Position numbers and translations under genes: made by a program. Of a stretch of DNA of 63,845 bases, positions 1-8,991 are shown piece by piece. Source of the DNA: Elusimicrobia bacterium ADurb.Bin231 (lineage in GTDB: Bacteria > Elusimicrobiota > UBA8919 > MWCF01); assembly GCA_002069855.1 (NCBI GenBank), contig MWCF01000114.1, positions 1 through 63,845 of the forward strand, in the 5' to 3' direction. The notes beneath the pieces were generated by a model. The model was not told where the DNA came from and searched no databases. It saw nothing but the letters and a program-made list of their open reading frames with translations. The stretch's first letter is position 1. Every line of letters starts with the position of its first letter.

Positions 1-1
1 T

Positions 2-367
2 CGACTCGCGCATTTTATAGAAGTTGACGGCAATCCCGTAGGAGCCACATTGTGCGTACCCGACTATAATTTTGTTCTTAAACGATTGAACGGCAGTTTG
101 GGCCCGATAGGGATTATCAAATTTCTTTACCTGAAACAAAAAATTAAAAAAGTCCGTCTCATGACGCTTGGCGTAATAAAGGAATACAGGAATCGCGGTC
201 TGGAAGCGGTACTTTATTATGAAATATTAAAGGCAACCGGCGCTGCCGGGTATGATTGCGGCGAACTTTCATGGACGCTTGAAGACAATGATCTGATAAA
301 TAAGGGTATAGAAGCCATGGGTTGTCGGCTTTATAAAAAATATAGAATTTTCGAGTCTGCTTTATAA
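2..367 (+). CDS. GNAT-family N-acetyltransferase, C-terminal part (5' end lies outside the window)
   Basis: The frame is open from nt 2 to the TAA at 365-367; the ORF track starts it only at TTG 50. 'LMTLGVIKEYRNRGLEAVLYYEILK' looks like the acetyl-CoA-binding core of GNAT enzymes. Confidence 0.6.
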   Translation, partial: RLAHFIEVDGNPVGATLCVPDYNFVLKRLNGSLGPIGIIKFLYLKQKIKKVRLMTLGVIKEYRNRGLEAVLYYEILKATGAAGYDCGELSWTLEDNDLINKGIEAMGCRLYKKYRIFESAL

Positions 368-492
368 AATATGTTTTTTAACAGCATGGATATTGATTCT
401 GAATTTTATAGTTTTGCAATTTTCTGTTGCAGATGACAATAATGGCGCCTTGAATAGAAAATTCATCCTTTGCCTGCGGAGGATAGAAAAAA

Positions 493-1071
493 GTGCTCCT
501 TAAACTTACCGAAGAGAATCTCGAGCTTATAGAAAATCTTGCTGTTACACAAACAAAAAAATACGGCCATGATACAGGCCATTTTCGGCTTGGCAGGTCG
601 GAATCCTCTCATAAAATAGGTTTTATCGGAGAAATTGCTCTGATTCAGTATTTGAGGACATTGGGTTTCACCGCTCCGAAATCAGGATTATGTCCTATGG
701 GCGCGCGTTATGACGTGTTTATTAAAATCTCAGAAAAAGAATTTAAGGTGCATGTGAAAACTGGGAAATGGAAAACATGGCCGAATGTAAGTTCTTCTTT
801 CGGGGTTCATTGGGACCAGAAGATAGAAAATTCGTTTGCTCCTGTTGTGCTTGTGAGTTTTACAGAGACAAGTTTGCCGGAAGTTCGGATTGAAGGATTC
901 GTAACTCCCGAATATATCGGAAGGTGCAGAATCATTGAAAAAGGAGACATCTTTCCCGGACAGAGATATCCGTCCAGATGCCGCAACTGGCTGACATATA
1001 TTATGGATTTTAGAAGACATCCAATTTCCGGTCTCATAAAATATTTTGAAAACAGCCGTCTGTGGATGTAA
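493..1071 (+). CDS. hypothetical protein with a possible PD-(D/E)XK-like nuclease core
   Basis: 192 codons with a GTG start 9 nt after GGAGGA (478-483). 'GFIGEIALIQYL...YDVFI...KVHVKTG' parallels the helix + D...xK core seen in YraN/RecB-like nucleases. No family recognised with confidence. Confidence 0.4.
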   Translation: MLLKLTEENLELIENLAVTQTKKYGHDTGHFRLGRSESSHKIGFIGEIALIQYLRTLGFTAPKSGLCPMGARYDVFIKISEKEFKVHVKTGKWKTWPNVSSSFGVHWDQKIENSFAPVVLVSFTETSLPEVRIEGFVTPEYIGRCRIIEKGDIFPGQRYPSRCRNWLTYIMDFRRHPISGLIKYFENSRLWM

Positions 1072-1099
1072 AACCCTCTTTTTGTTTGCCTGAAAGAAT

Positions 1100-2212
1100 A
1101 TGAAATATAGATTATCGTTTATACTCTGTTTTTGCCTTGTTATTTTTTTTCAAAGCGTGCGCTTGCGTGCAGATATATATTCTAAGGCGCGGATAATAAA
1201 AATCGAGGATATTGTCTCAGGTTCCAACGGCTCTTCTCAAAATATCAGGTTGAAAATAACAGGCGGCAAATATAAAAACAGAGTTGTGGATGTAAAGAAT
1301 TATCTCTGGGATGACAAGCATTATAATACCTTCCCCAAAGAAAACAACATCGTTGTTGTAAGAATCCATGAAACAGACGGGATGAAACTTGAGTATGTGT
1401 CTATTAGCGGATATCCAAGAGATAAAATTCTTTTTTCATTTTTTGTTGTTTTTCTGGTTGTTGTATTTTTGATCTGCGGGAAGAAAGGTTTCCGGCTTGC
1501 TTTTTCCCTTCTAATCAATATCGCCATTCTTTGGCGTATCATGGTTCCTATGCTCAAAGCCGGATTCAATCCTCTTTTTGTGTGCGTTGTATCAGCCTTA
1601 GCCGCCGCCGCGATTATTCTTCTTCTAATACTCGGGTTCAATAAAAAATATTTTTCCGCGCTATCCTGCGTAACCGCGGGAGTGCTTTTTTCCGGATTTA
1701 CCACTATTCTTTTTATAAGATGGTCTGATGTTTCAGGCAACTTTATAGACGGTTCAAGAATGCTGCTGGTGGCCGCAAGAATGATAAGCGATTGGCATAT
1801 AACAGAGCTTAGATCTTTGGTTGCCGGCGGCGTGATAATAGCGTCATTAGGCACTGTTACGGATATTGTAGTTGATGTAATTACCGGCATTTATTCAGTC
1901 TCTGAGGCAATTCCCGGGATTACAAGAAGGGAATTATTTTCTTCCGGTATGAACATAGGCAGGGATGTGCTCGGCGGCATGCTTGGCAGTTTATTATTGG
2001 TGTTCACGGCAATGTCTCTTGTTTCGTCAATACTTTATTCTGCGCTTGGCATCCCGTTTTTACGGATTGTGAATTGGGAGTTTTTTGCCGTTACTGTGCT
2101 TCAGGCATTTATATCAAGCATGTCTTTTGTGGTATCTGTGCCGATAACTGTAACATTGACGAGTTTTATTTTATCCAAAAGGGGCGGAGTAAAGCATTCA
2201 TGTATAGAATAA
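1100..2212 (+). CDS. YibE/F family membrane protein
   Basis: Signal anchor, a ~100-aa soluble domain, then a polytopic region ending in 'GRDVLGGMLGSLLLVFTAMSL', typical of YibE/F proteins. Confidence 0.7.
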   Translation: MKYRLSFILCFCLVIFFQSVRLRADIYSKARIIKIEDIVSGSNGSSQNIRLKITGGKYKNRVVDVKNYLWDDKHYNTFPKENNIVVVRIHETDGMKLEYVSISGYPRDKILFSFFVVFLVVVFLICGKKGFRLAFSLLINIAILWRIMVPMLKAGFNPLFVCVVSALAAAAIILLLILGFNKKYFSALSCVTAGVLFSGFTTILFIRWSDVSGNFIDGSRMLLVAARMISDWHITELRSLVAGGVIIASLGTVTDIVVDVITGIYSVSEAIPGITRRELFSSGMNIGRDVLGGMLGSLLLVFTAMSLVSSILYSALGIPFLRIVNWEFFAVTVLQAFISSMSFVVSVPITVTLTSFILSKRGGVKHSCIE

Positions 2213-3342
2213 AATTATTTTTTATAGCGTTTGTTTTTGCGGGGGTTTTTTCAAGTTATTTTCTTTCCGCGGATTCTTGGTATGAATCTCCGGAGGCAGA
2301 TATGTATGCTCATCCTCTTTTGGAATTATATCATGAAAAAGAAAATTATATTTTCGGGAAAATAGTCGCTTCTACGAAGAATAAAGATGAAAAGAGTTTT
2401 GTAACTGTAAAAGTTGGTTCCCTGATAGGCAAAGACAAAATTATAGAAGCGGCAATCTTTGAAGACGGGTATGTTTCTGATAAGGCGGTCAATAAAAGGG
2501 TTCTTATGTCATATACCGGGGATATAGCATCTGCGGTCGTGGTGGATAGCGACAGAAGATTGCCTTTGACGATTTCCGGAGTGTTGTTTGTGATACTGGT
2601 ATTGCTGGTCGGAGGGTTTGACAAAATAAAAGGGCTTATTGCTCTTTTCATCAGCGCATTATTTATTGTTTTTGTTTTTATTCCTTTAGTTATTAAAGGC
2701 TGGAATCCGCTGGCTTTGGCGGTAGCATCGGTATTTATAATTACTCTTTTCACTGTGGTTGCCATAGGCAGATTCAGCAGGAAATCTATTTCCGCGGTAA
2801 TAGGAACTCTTTCAAGTGTGGCGGTTGTGCTTTTATTGGGGGTGGCATATTATTCGATAGCGCATATAGACGGTTTTTCACTTGAATCAATACAATTGAT
2901 AAATTATTTTTCCAAAAATTATCTCGGCTCTTCAATCACCGGATTCCGTCAGATAATGCTCGGTGTCTTAATAATAGGATCTACCGGAATGATAATAGAT
3001 GTTTCAGTTTGCGTCGCTTCCACTCTTGAACAGATTGCGGCCAAAGATCCTAATATACCTGTCAAAGATTTAAGTAGAATTGGAATACTGGCTGGCAGAG
3101 ATATGGCAAGTTCGACAATAACTTCTTTGATATTTGCGTATTTTGGCGCTGAATTGATACCTTTAATTGCCAATACACTTTTTATTGATTCTGTCGTGCA
3201 TCTGTTTAATAATGAATGGTTTTTTATAGCGGTTTTTCAGGCTTTTGCCGGCGCAATAGGAATTTTGTTGGCTGTTCCGTTTACATCCGCGGTAAGCGCA
3301 CGGTTATTAAAGCATTCTTTTCGCGCAAAATCCGGGCATTAG
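2200..3342 (+). CDS. YibE/F family membrane protein (second paralog)
   Basis: The ORF track starts at 2074, inside the upstream gene. ATG 2200 (MYRIKLFFIAF..., preceded by AAAGGGGCGGAG) gives a signal anchor and the same architecture. 'GRDMASSTITSLIFAYFGAEL' motif present. Overlaps the upstream gene by 13 nt. Confidence 0.7.
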   Translation: MYRIKLFFIAFVFAGVFSSYFLSADSWYESPEADMYAHPLLELYHEKENYIFGKIVASTKNKDEKSFVTVKVGSLIGKDKIIEAAIFEDGYVSDKAVNKRVLMSYTGDIASAVVVDSDRRLPLTISGVLFVILVLLVGGFDKIKGLIALFISALFIVFVFIPLVIKGWNPLALAVASVFIITLFTVVAIGRFSRKSISAVIGTLSSVAVVLLLGVAYYSIAHIDGFSLESIQLINYFSKNYLGSSITGFRQIMLGVLIIGSTGMIIDVSVCVASTLEQIAAKDPNIPVKDLSRIGILAGRDMASSTITSLIFAYFGAELIPLIANTLFIDSVVHLFNNEWFFIAVFQAFAGAIGILLAVPFTSAVSARLLKHSFRAKSGH

Positions 3343-3368
3343 ATAATTATTAAAAGGGATAAAGTATT

Positions 3369-3863
3369 ATGATGAGTAAAATCAACCGGCATTTTAACGG
3401 ATATTGGGAACGCGGTTCTTGGGATTTTTGCTGGAGAATAGGTATGGAATCCTTAGTTGTAAGTTTACCTGTAGCCGTGGTGCTCGCGCTGATTTTTGGT
3501 CCTGGTAAGAGAACCTCTCTTGATATGTCATTGTCTCTGGCATTTTTTCTGATGATAATTATAGCTCCTCCCATCGAAACGCTGATATTTCAGGCATTCC
3601 CGATTTTTATTGTTCGTTCCCTAAAAGGTATTTTAAGAATACAGATTATTGCTTCTGCGGTATTGTTTTCATTAGCGCATTTTTCCGAAGGAATAACTAC
3701 AGGCATTTCCGCGGGCCTTATCGGGGGCTTATATTTTGGTTTCGCGTACGCCCGTTGGCGCGCAGTTTCTTCTTGGCGCGCATTTTGGGTAACCACAGTA
3801 TGCCATATAATTCATAACGGCATAGCTTTTATTTTTCTGGCCGCCGCCGGAGCATTGAGCTGA
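3369..3863 (+). CDS. CPBP (CAAX/Abi-type) intramembrane metalloprotease family protein
   Basis: Polytopic protein with 'FSLAHF' (FxxxH) and 'HIIHNG' (HxxxN) motifs. The N-terminal EExxxR motif is degenerate ('PIETLIF'). Confidence 0.6.
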   Translation: MMSKINRHFNGYWERGSWDFCWRIGMESLVVSLPVAVVLALIFGPGKRTSLDMSLSLAFFLMIIIAPPIETLIFQAFPIFIVRSLKGILRIQIIASAVLFSLAHFSEGITTGISAGLIGGLYFGFAYARWRAVSSWRAFWVTTVCHIIHNGIAFIFLAAAGALS

Positions 3864-3890
3864 TAATCGCGTATCATTGCGACAATATGC

Positions 3891-3918
3891 TTGACAATCT
3901 AATAATTCGTTTTATAAT
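3891..3918 (+). promoter_or_regulatory. sigma70-like promoter upstream of the phosphohexomutase gene
   Basis: TTGACA (3891-3896), 16 nt spacer, TATAAT (3913-3918). Confidence 0.45.
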
Positions 3919-4058
3919 ATTAATTTGCGGTTATTTGTAAAACTAATATTTTCATTACAGATCCTCTTGAAGTATAATCAATTATATTTTTAATATAGGG
4001 CGTGAATTTGATATAAAAGTCTGATTGTGTAAATAAATTTTTTTTGACAGGAGGTTTT

Positions 4059-5513
4059 ATGATTAAATTCGGGACATCCGGGTGGCGCGGAATTATTGCG
4101 GATGATTTTACTTTTGACAATGTGAGAATTGTAACTCAGGCTATTGCAGATTATGTAAAGGAAACTTCCCGTAAATCCGCGGTACGCGGCAAGAAACAAT
4201 ACCGGCAGTCAGTGGTAGTGGGTTACGACACAAGATTTCATTCGGAAAATTTTGCCAGAATTTCAGCTGAAGTACTGGCTGGCAACGGCATTGAAGTGCT
4301 TTTTACTAAAAGAGATTGTCCTACTCCGGTTATAGCATTCGAAATCCTTCGCGTCAAGTCTGCAGGCGGAATAAATTTTACTGCCAGTCATAATCCTCCT
4401 GAATATAACGGATTGAAATTCTCTCCGTCATGGGGCGGCCCGGCTCTGCCGGAAACAACAACTGCTATTGAAAAAAAATGCATTATGCTTCAAACCTCTC
4501 CGGCAAAAAATAAAATCAAAATGATGCCGTACGAACAAGCGGTGAATAAAGGTCTGATTTCTGAAATAGAGCCGGAAAAGAGATACCTTAAAAGAATAAG
4601 AGAACTTGTTGATTTAAAAGCGATAAAAAAAGCGAAATTAAAAATAGTGTGCGATGTCCTTTACGGCACAGGGAAGGGGTATCTGGACGCTCTTCTCGAG
4701 GAGTCCGGATGTGAAACACGCATTTTGCATAATTATAGAAATGTTCTTTTCGGCGGGCATTCTCCTGAGCCAAATAAAGCGAATCTATCTGAACTGCTTT
4801 CAATTTTGAAAAAAGAAAAATATAATCTCGGATTAGGCACGGACGGCGATGCGGACAGATTCGGGATAATAGACGCAGACGGAAGTTTTATAACTCCCAA
4901 TGATACAATAGCGCTTCTTTTTGACCATCTTGTTCGCACAAGGAAGTGGAAAGGCGTTGTCGCAAGGTCCGTAATGACAACGCATCTTATAGATGCTGTC
5001 GCCAAAATGCATGGCGTACAGGTAAGAGAAACTCCCGTAGGTTTCAAGTATATCGGAGAAGTTATGACTAAAGAAAATATGATTATCGGCGGAGAGGAAT
5101 CCGGCGGGCTTACTATTATGGGGCATGTGCCGGAGAAAGACGGGATATTGGCATGCTTGCTTGTGGCTGAACTTGTTGCTGCAAACGGGAAACCCATCAA
5201 AGAAATTCTAAAAGATTTGTATAACAGGGTCGGTGGGGCGATTATGTCAACGCGGCTGAATTTTCATATGCCTATGGAAAAGATGAATAAGATTAAAGAA
5301 AAACTTTCAAAAAATCCGCCTTCCTCAATAGCGTCATTGAAAGTGAAAGAGATAGTAACTATTGACGGCTATAAATTTCTGCTGGAAAATGGTTCTTGGG
5401 TGGGGTTGCGGCTTTCAGGCACTGAACCTGTAATTAGAATTTATGTGGAAGCGTCAAGCAAAAAGAGGATTGACGTACTTGCGCAGGCGAGCAAGAAATT
5501 TCTTGCGAGTTGA
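4059..5513 (+). CDS. phosphoglucomutase/phosphomannomutase (alpha-D-phosphohexomutase family)
   Basis: 'FGTSGWRG', active-site 'TASHNPPEYNGLK', Mg loop 'GTDGDADR' and sugar loop 'GGEESGG'. ATG 4059 follows AGGAGG; the ORF track starts at 4044. Confidence 0.9.
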   Translation: MIKFGTSGWRGIIADDFTFDNVRIVTQAIADYVKETSRKSAVRGKKQYRQSVVVGYDTRFHSENFARISAEVLAGNGIEVLFTKRDCPTPVIAFEILRVKSAGGINFTASHNPPEYNGLKFSPSWGGPALPETTTAIEKKCIMLQTSPAKNKIKMMPYEQAVNKGLISEIEPEKRYLKRIRELVDLKAIKKAKLKIVCDVLYGTGKGYLDALLEESGCETRILHNYRNVLFGGHSPEPNKANLSELLSILKKEKYNLGLGTDGDADRFGIIDADGSFITPNDTIALLFDHLVRTRKWKGVVARSVMTTHLIDAVAKMHGVQVRETPVGFKYIGEVMTKENMIIGGEESGGLTIMGHVPEKDGILACLLVAELVAANGKPIKEILKDLYNRVGGAIMSTRLNFHMPMEKMNKIKEKLSKNPPSSIASLKVKEIVTIDGYKFLLENGSWVGLRLSGTEPVIRIYVEASSKKRIDVLAQASKKFLAS

Positions 5514-5657
5514 TTAAAGCCGGATATCATAAAATTTTTTTTCTTTGCGACAGGCATAATAGAAGCGACAATAATGATAGTTAGACGAAAATTTGTCTAA
5601 TATTATAGCTTTTTTGTCATTTCCGCGTATATCCCATTCTCATTAAACAAAAAATTA

Positions 5658-5687
5658 TTGGAAAATTGTCATTATTTATTATATAAT
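5658..5687 (+). promoter_or_regulatory. sigma70-like promoter placed for a leaderless or near-leaderless LPS-operon transcript
   Basis: TTGGAA (5658-5663), 18 nt spacer, TATAAT (5682-5687). Only 8 nt (AACAAGTT, no SD) separate it from ATG 5696. Confidence 0.4.
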
Positions 5688-5695
5688 AACAAGTT

Positions 5696-6235
5696 ATGAA
5701 AAAGATAAAAAACTTTCGTTTGGAACTTCGCAGGGGCTATATAGAAAGGGAATTACGTAAAAACAAACAGGAGGTTCCTGCTGAAGAATTGAAAACTCGA
5801 ATTCAAGAGATCCAATCTGTCGCGCTGCCGGCCACTGTATATGCGACTTTTTCCGCGGATATTTTTAAAACCGGCGAATGTGTGAAAAAGGCGGAATATG
5901 TTTCCATAGTTGCATTGGTTTTAAACGGTATTTCCGACGAATTGCCGAAAGATGATATTTACAGAGCGATTATTAAAGACGCTTTTGATTTTTCAATAGA
6001 TCTTATAATTAAACTTATTGAGATAGAAGCGTCCAAAGAAGAATGCGATCTGTCTTCTCCTGAAGAGGTTTCTCCGGAAAATCTTTTTTCTGTAAAGGAA
6101 GTTTGCGATAATATAAAATTTTCAAAGATAGGAATTTCTTATTCGGAAGGTGTTCTGAGTCCCGCAATGACAAAATTTTTTAAAGTTTACTGGTTATCTA
6201 AAAGAAAAAGTATTAAATCGCGCGCTTCAAAATAA
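5696..6235 (+). CDS. hypothetical protein (first gene of the LPS-core operon)
   Basis: 179-codon ORF with protein-like composition. Its stop abuts the DUF374 ATG (TAA-ATG). No family recognised. Confidence 0.5.
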   Translation: MKKIKNFRLELRRGYIERELRKNKQEVPAEELKTRIQEIQSVALPATVYATFSADIFKTGECVKKAEYVSIVALVLNGISDELPKDDIYRAIIKDAFDFSIDLIIKLIEIEASKEECDLSSPEEVSPENLFSVKEVCDNIKFSKIGISYSEGVLSPAMTKFFKVYWLSKRKSIKSRASK

Positions 6236-6898
6236 ATGAAAATATTAGATAACTTTCTTGTCCGGCTGGGTTTTTTTTATATATGCGCGGTAGGTAAAAC
6301 CACAAGCGTTTGTTTTGATAGTTCCGTGGAATACAAGGCTATTAAAGAGAAAAAACTTCCTGTTATTTACGCCTGCTGGCACGGGAAACAGATCTTTCTT
6401 ATTTGGGTTCACAGAAATGAAAACGTGCACGCGTTAGTCAGCAAATCCAAAGACGGCGAATATATAGCCGCGATTATACGGAAATTGGGGTTTAACAGCG
6501 TACGCGGTTCATCGTCTCGCGGCGGATATGAGGCCCTCTCCGGAATGATTGAAATGGCAAAATCAGGGGTTTCAATAGTGTTTACTCCGGACGGGCCCAG
6601 AGGTCCTTTGCATACTGTTCATCCCGGGGTTATAATAACTGCGCAAAAAAGCGGATTGCCTGTTATACCTGTAGGATGCGCTTTGAAAAAGAGGTATGTT
6701 GTAAGAAACTGGGATGAATTTGATATTCCGTTTTTGTTTAATAAGGCTGCGGTGTGTTACGGGAAACCGTTATATGTTAATTCCGGAGATGCTATAGAAT
6801 TAAAAACCAAAGAGTTGGAAAAAGCCATAAATCTCGCGACTGCGCGCGCAGAAGGACTTTTATCAAGAAAAAAATCGGTTTGTTCGGGGGAGATCTGA
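6236..6898 (+). CDS. DUF374 domain protein (lysophospholipid-acyltransferase-like, usually Kdo-transferase associated)
   Basis: 'YACWHGKQ', 'SKSKDGEYIAAIIRKLGFNSVRGSSSRGG' and 'FTPDGPRGP' are the hallmark DUF374 motifs. Confidence 0.8.
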   Translation: MKILDNFLVRLGFFYICAVGKTTSVCFDSSVEYKAIKEKKLPVIYACWHGKQIFLIWVHRNENVHALVSKSKDGEYIAAIIRKLGFNSVRGSSSRGGYEALSGMIEMAKSGVSIVFTPDGPRGPLHTVHPGVIITAQKSGLPVIPVGCALKKRYVVRNWDEFDIPFLFNKAAVCYGKPLYVNSGDAIELKTKELEKAINLATARAEGLLSRKKSVCSGEI

Positions 6899-7917
6899 AA
6901 ACACTTGTCATCCAGACTGCGTATTTGGGGGATCTTGTCCTTACTTTGCCTTTGATAGGAGCAGTAAAAAGGATTCTTGGGTCGGAATTGCATGTTTTGT
7001 CCATACCGTCTAACAGGGATATAATTACAGGACATCCTTCTGTGGATAAAATTATTGTTTATGATAAGAAAAAGTCGGAAAAAGGATGGTTGTCTTTTAT
7101 TCGGCTTGTTTTATGTTTAAGAAAAGAAAAATATGATATTGTATTTGTTCCGCATCCGTCTTTCCGGTCTGCGCTTTTGGCATTTTTGACAGGAGCAAGC
7201 CAAAGAGTAGGTTTTTCAAACAGTGCAGGCAGGATATTTTTCAGTTCAGTCGTAAAATTTGACGCTGATAAACATCAGTGCGAGAGATACCTTGATCTTC
7301 TGAAAAATTTCAGCGCGGGATATACAGGAACAACTGATTTTCAATTTTTTATAAAAACAGACGAGGAATCTGAAAAACGCGCCGCGGAAATCATTGGGAA
7401 AAATAAATTGTATGTGGGTTTAAACCCGGGTAGTGTTTGGGCTACTAAAAGATGGCTGCCGGAATATTACGCGGAATTAGGGGATGCGGTTTATAGGGAG
7501 TTGCGCTGCGATGTAATTATCTTCGGCGGTCCCGAGGATATAAATATAGCGGAAGATGTGTCTAATATGATTAAATGCCCGCATATTAATTTAGCGGGGA
7601 AGACAGGTTTAAAACTTCTTTCCGCTCTGATCAAACGCTGCGCGGTTTTTGTGACGAATGATTCCGGACCTATGCATATTGCCGCATCTTTCGGAGTTCC
7701 TACAGTGGCTATATTCGGGCCCACGATAAAAGAATTCGGTTTTTCCCCGTATTCAAAAAATTCGGTTGTAGTGGAAAAGTGTTTATACTGCAGGCCATGC
7801 GGTAATCACGGGCCCGCGATATGTCCGGAAGGCCATTTCAAATGTATGAGAGATATTCTTGTGCAGGATGTGTTCGCAGAGGTCAAGAAGATGATTGTTC
7901 CGCTGGAGAACCAATAA
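6880..7917 (+). CDS. ADP-heptose:LPS heptosyltransferase (GT9)
   Basis: 'LVIQTAYLGDLVLTLPLI' N-terminus and 'TNDSGPMHIAASFGVPTVAIFGPT' C-terminal motif. TTG start overlaps DUF374 by 19 nt. Confidence 0.8.
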   Translation: MFGGDLKTLVIQTAYLGDLVLTLPLIGAVKRILGSELHVLSIPSNRDIITGHPSVDKIIVYDKKKSEKGWLSFIRLVLCLRKEKYDIVFVPHPSFRSALLAFLTGASQRVGFSNSAGRIFFSSVVKFDADKHQCERYLDLLKNFSAGYTGTTDFQFFIKTDEESEKRAAEIIGKNKLYVGLNPGSVWATKRWLPEYYAELGDAVYRELRCDVIIFGGPEDINIAEDVSNMIKCPHINLAGKTGLKLLSALIKRCAVFVTNDSGPMHIAASFGVPTVAIFGPTIKEFGFSPYSKNSVVVEKCLYCRPCGNHGPAICPEGHFKCMRDILVQDVFAEVKKMIVPLENQ

Positions 7918-7935
7918 GATATTCGGAGAAAAGAT

Positions 7936-8991
7936 TTGAAAATATTAAATGTTATAGACATACCGTGGTTTAGCGGTGTAACTTCATACGCGCTGGAATC
8001 ATCCGCAGGTCTTGCTGGTCTGGGGCATAAAATATTTTTTGCCGGAGTCAGGGATGGTTTACCGTTGAAAATCGCTTTGGAAAAAGGTTTTAATGTGTTT
8101 GAAATAGCGTCCAGAAAAAATCCGTTAATATACAAATCCTTTGCAGTTCTCAAGAAAGTTATTGACGAAGAAGAGATTGATATAGTTAATGCTCACACAG
8201 GCAGTTCGCATTTTATAGCGTATCTTGCCTCTCTTTTTACAAAGAGAAAGTTTTGCCTTGTAAGAACGAAATCAGACGCAGGCCTCCCCAAGAAAAGTTT
8301 TTTATATAAACATACTCATAAGGTTATTGCCGTATCGGAATCAGTAAGAAAATCATATATGAATATCGGTGTCTTGCCTGGCCATGTGGCTACCATTTAC
8401 CAAGGAATAAAAATTCCCGCGCATTCAATCAAGATTCCAGCCGCTAATTATATAGGAATAATAGGCCGGCTGGATCCTGTAAAAGGGCATAACGTATTTT
8501 TAGAGGCCGCGTCTCTTGCGCTAAAAAGGTATCCTGATGCGAAATTTCTGATTGCCGGGAAAGAGGAAAATATTAAATATTCCGATTTGAGACGTCTTGC
8601 CGAAGAAAGACATATTGAAACTTCAATTCAATTTTGCGGTTTCGTGGAAAACGCCCGTGATTTTATGGAGAGGTGTTCTCTCGGCATAATTGCTTCGCTC
8701 GGCAGCGAGGCTGTCAGCAGAGTGCTTCTTGAATGGATGTCTTTAGGAAAACCGGTCGTTTCCACATCTGTGGGTTGCATACCTGAAATACTTGAGAAGG
8801 ATTATTTAGTGCCTCCGAATGATCCTGCGGCTCTGTCGAAAAAGATGACTGATATGATCGCCGATAAAAACAAACTTGCGGCTGCCGGCAGTCGAAATTT
8901 TGAAATTGTTAATGATAGATTCAGATTTGAGAATTTTATTTCCAAAACAGAAAATATTTTTTATGAAACGATTAAGAGTAATACATATTGA
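7936..8991 (+). CDS. glycosyltransferase family 4 (GT-B)
   Basis: GT4 pattern with 'GRLDPVKGH' and C-terminal 'EWMSLGKPVVSTSVGCIPE'. TTG start after GGAGAA. Confidence 0.8.
   Translation: MKILNVIDIPWFSGVTSYALESSAGLAGLGHKIFFAGVRDGLPLKIALEKGFNVFEIASRKNPLIYKSFAVLKKVIDEEEIDIVNAHTGSSHFIAYLASLFTKRKFCLVRTKSDAGLPKKSFLYKHTHKVIAVSESVRKSYMNIGVLPGHVATIYQGIKIPAHSIKIPAANYIGIIGRLDPVKGHNVFLEAASLALKRYPDAKFLIAGKEENIKYSDLRRLAEERHIETSIQFCGFVENARDFMERCSLGIIASLGSEAVSRVLLEWMSLGKPVVSTSVGCIPEILEKDYLVPPNDPAALSKKMTDMIADKNKLAAAGSRNFEIVNDRFRFENFISKTENIFYETIKSNTY

Noticed and set aside
1321-1890. A 189-aa minus-strand ORF inside the first YibE/F gene. Similar antisense ORFs occur at 2346-2765, 4733-5200, 28415-28921, 28719-29180 and 29009-29419.
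   Set aside because: All are antisense to genes with strong family signatures (YibE/F, phosphohexomutase, PASTA, rpe). These are typical shadow ORFs.
2074-2199. N-terminal extensions suggested by the ORF track: 2074, 4044, 8876, 22423, 27094, 29895, 36387, 43084, 54969 and 57163.
   Set aside because: In each case an internal ATG/TTG with a better SD, or with stop-start coupling, gives the canonical family N-terminus (for example MKRLRVIHID, MNTFEGCLNHEQL, MRIDILTLFP). The extensions overlap the upstream gene.
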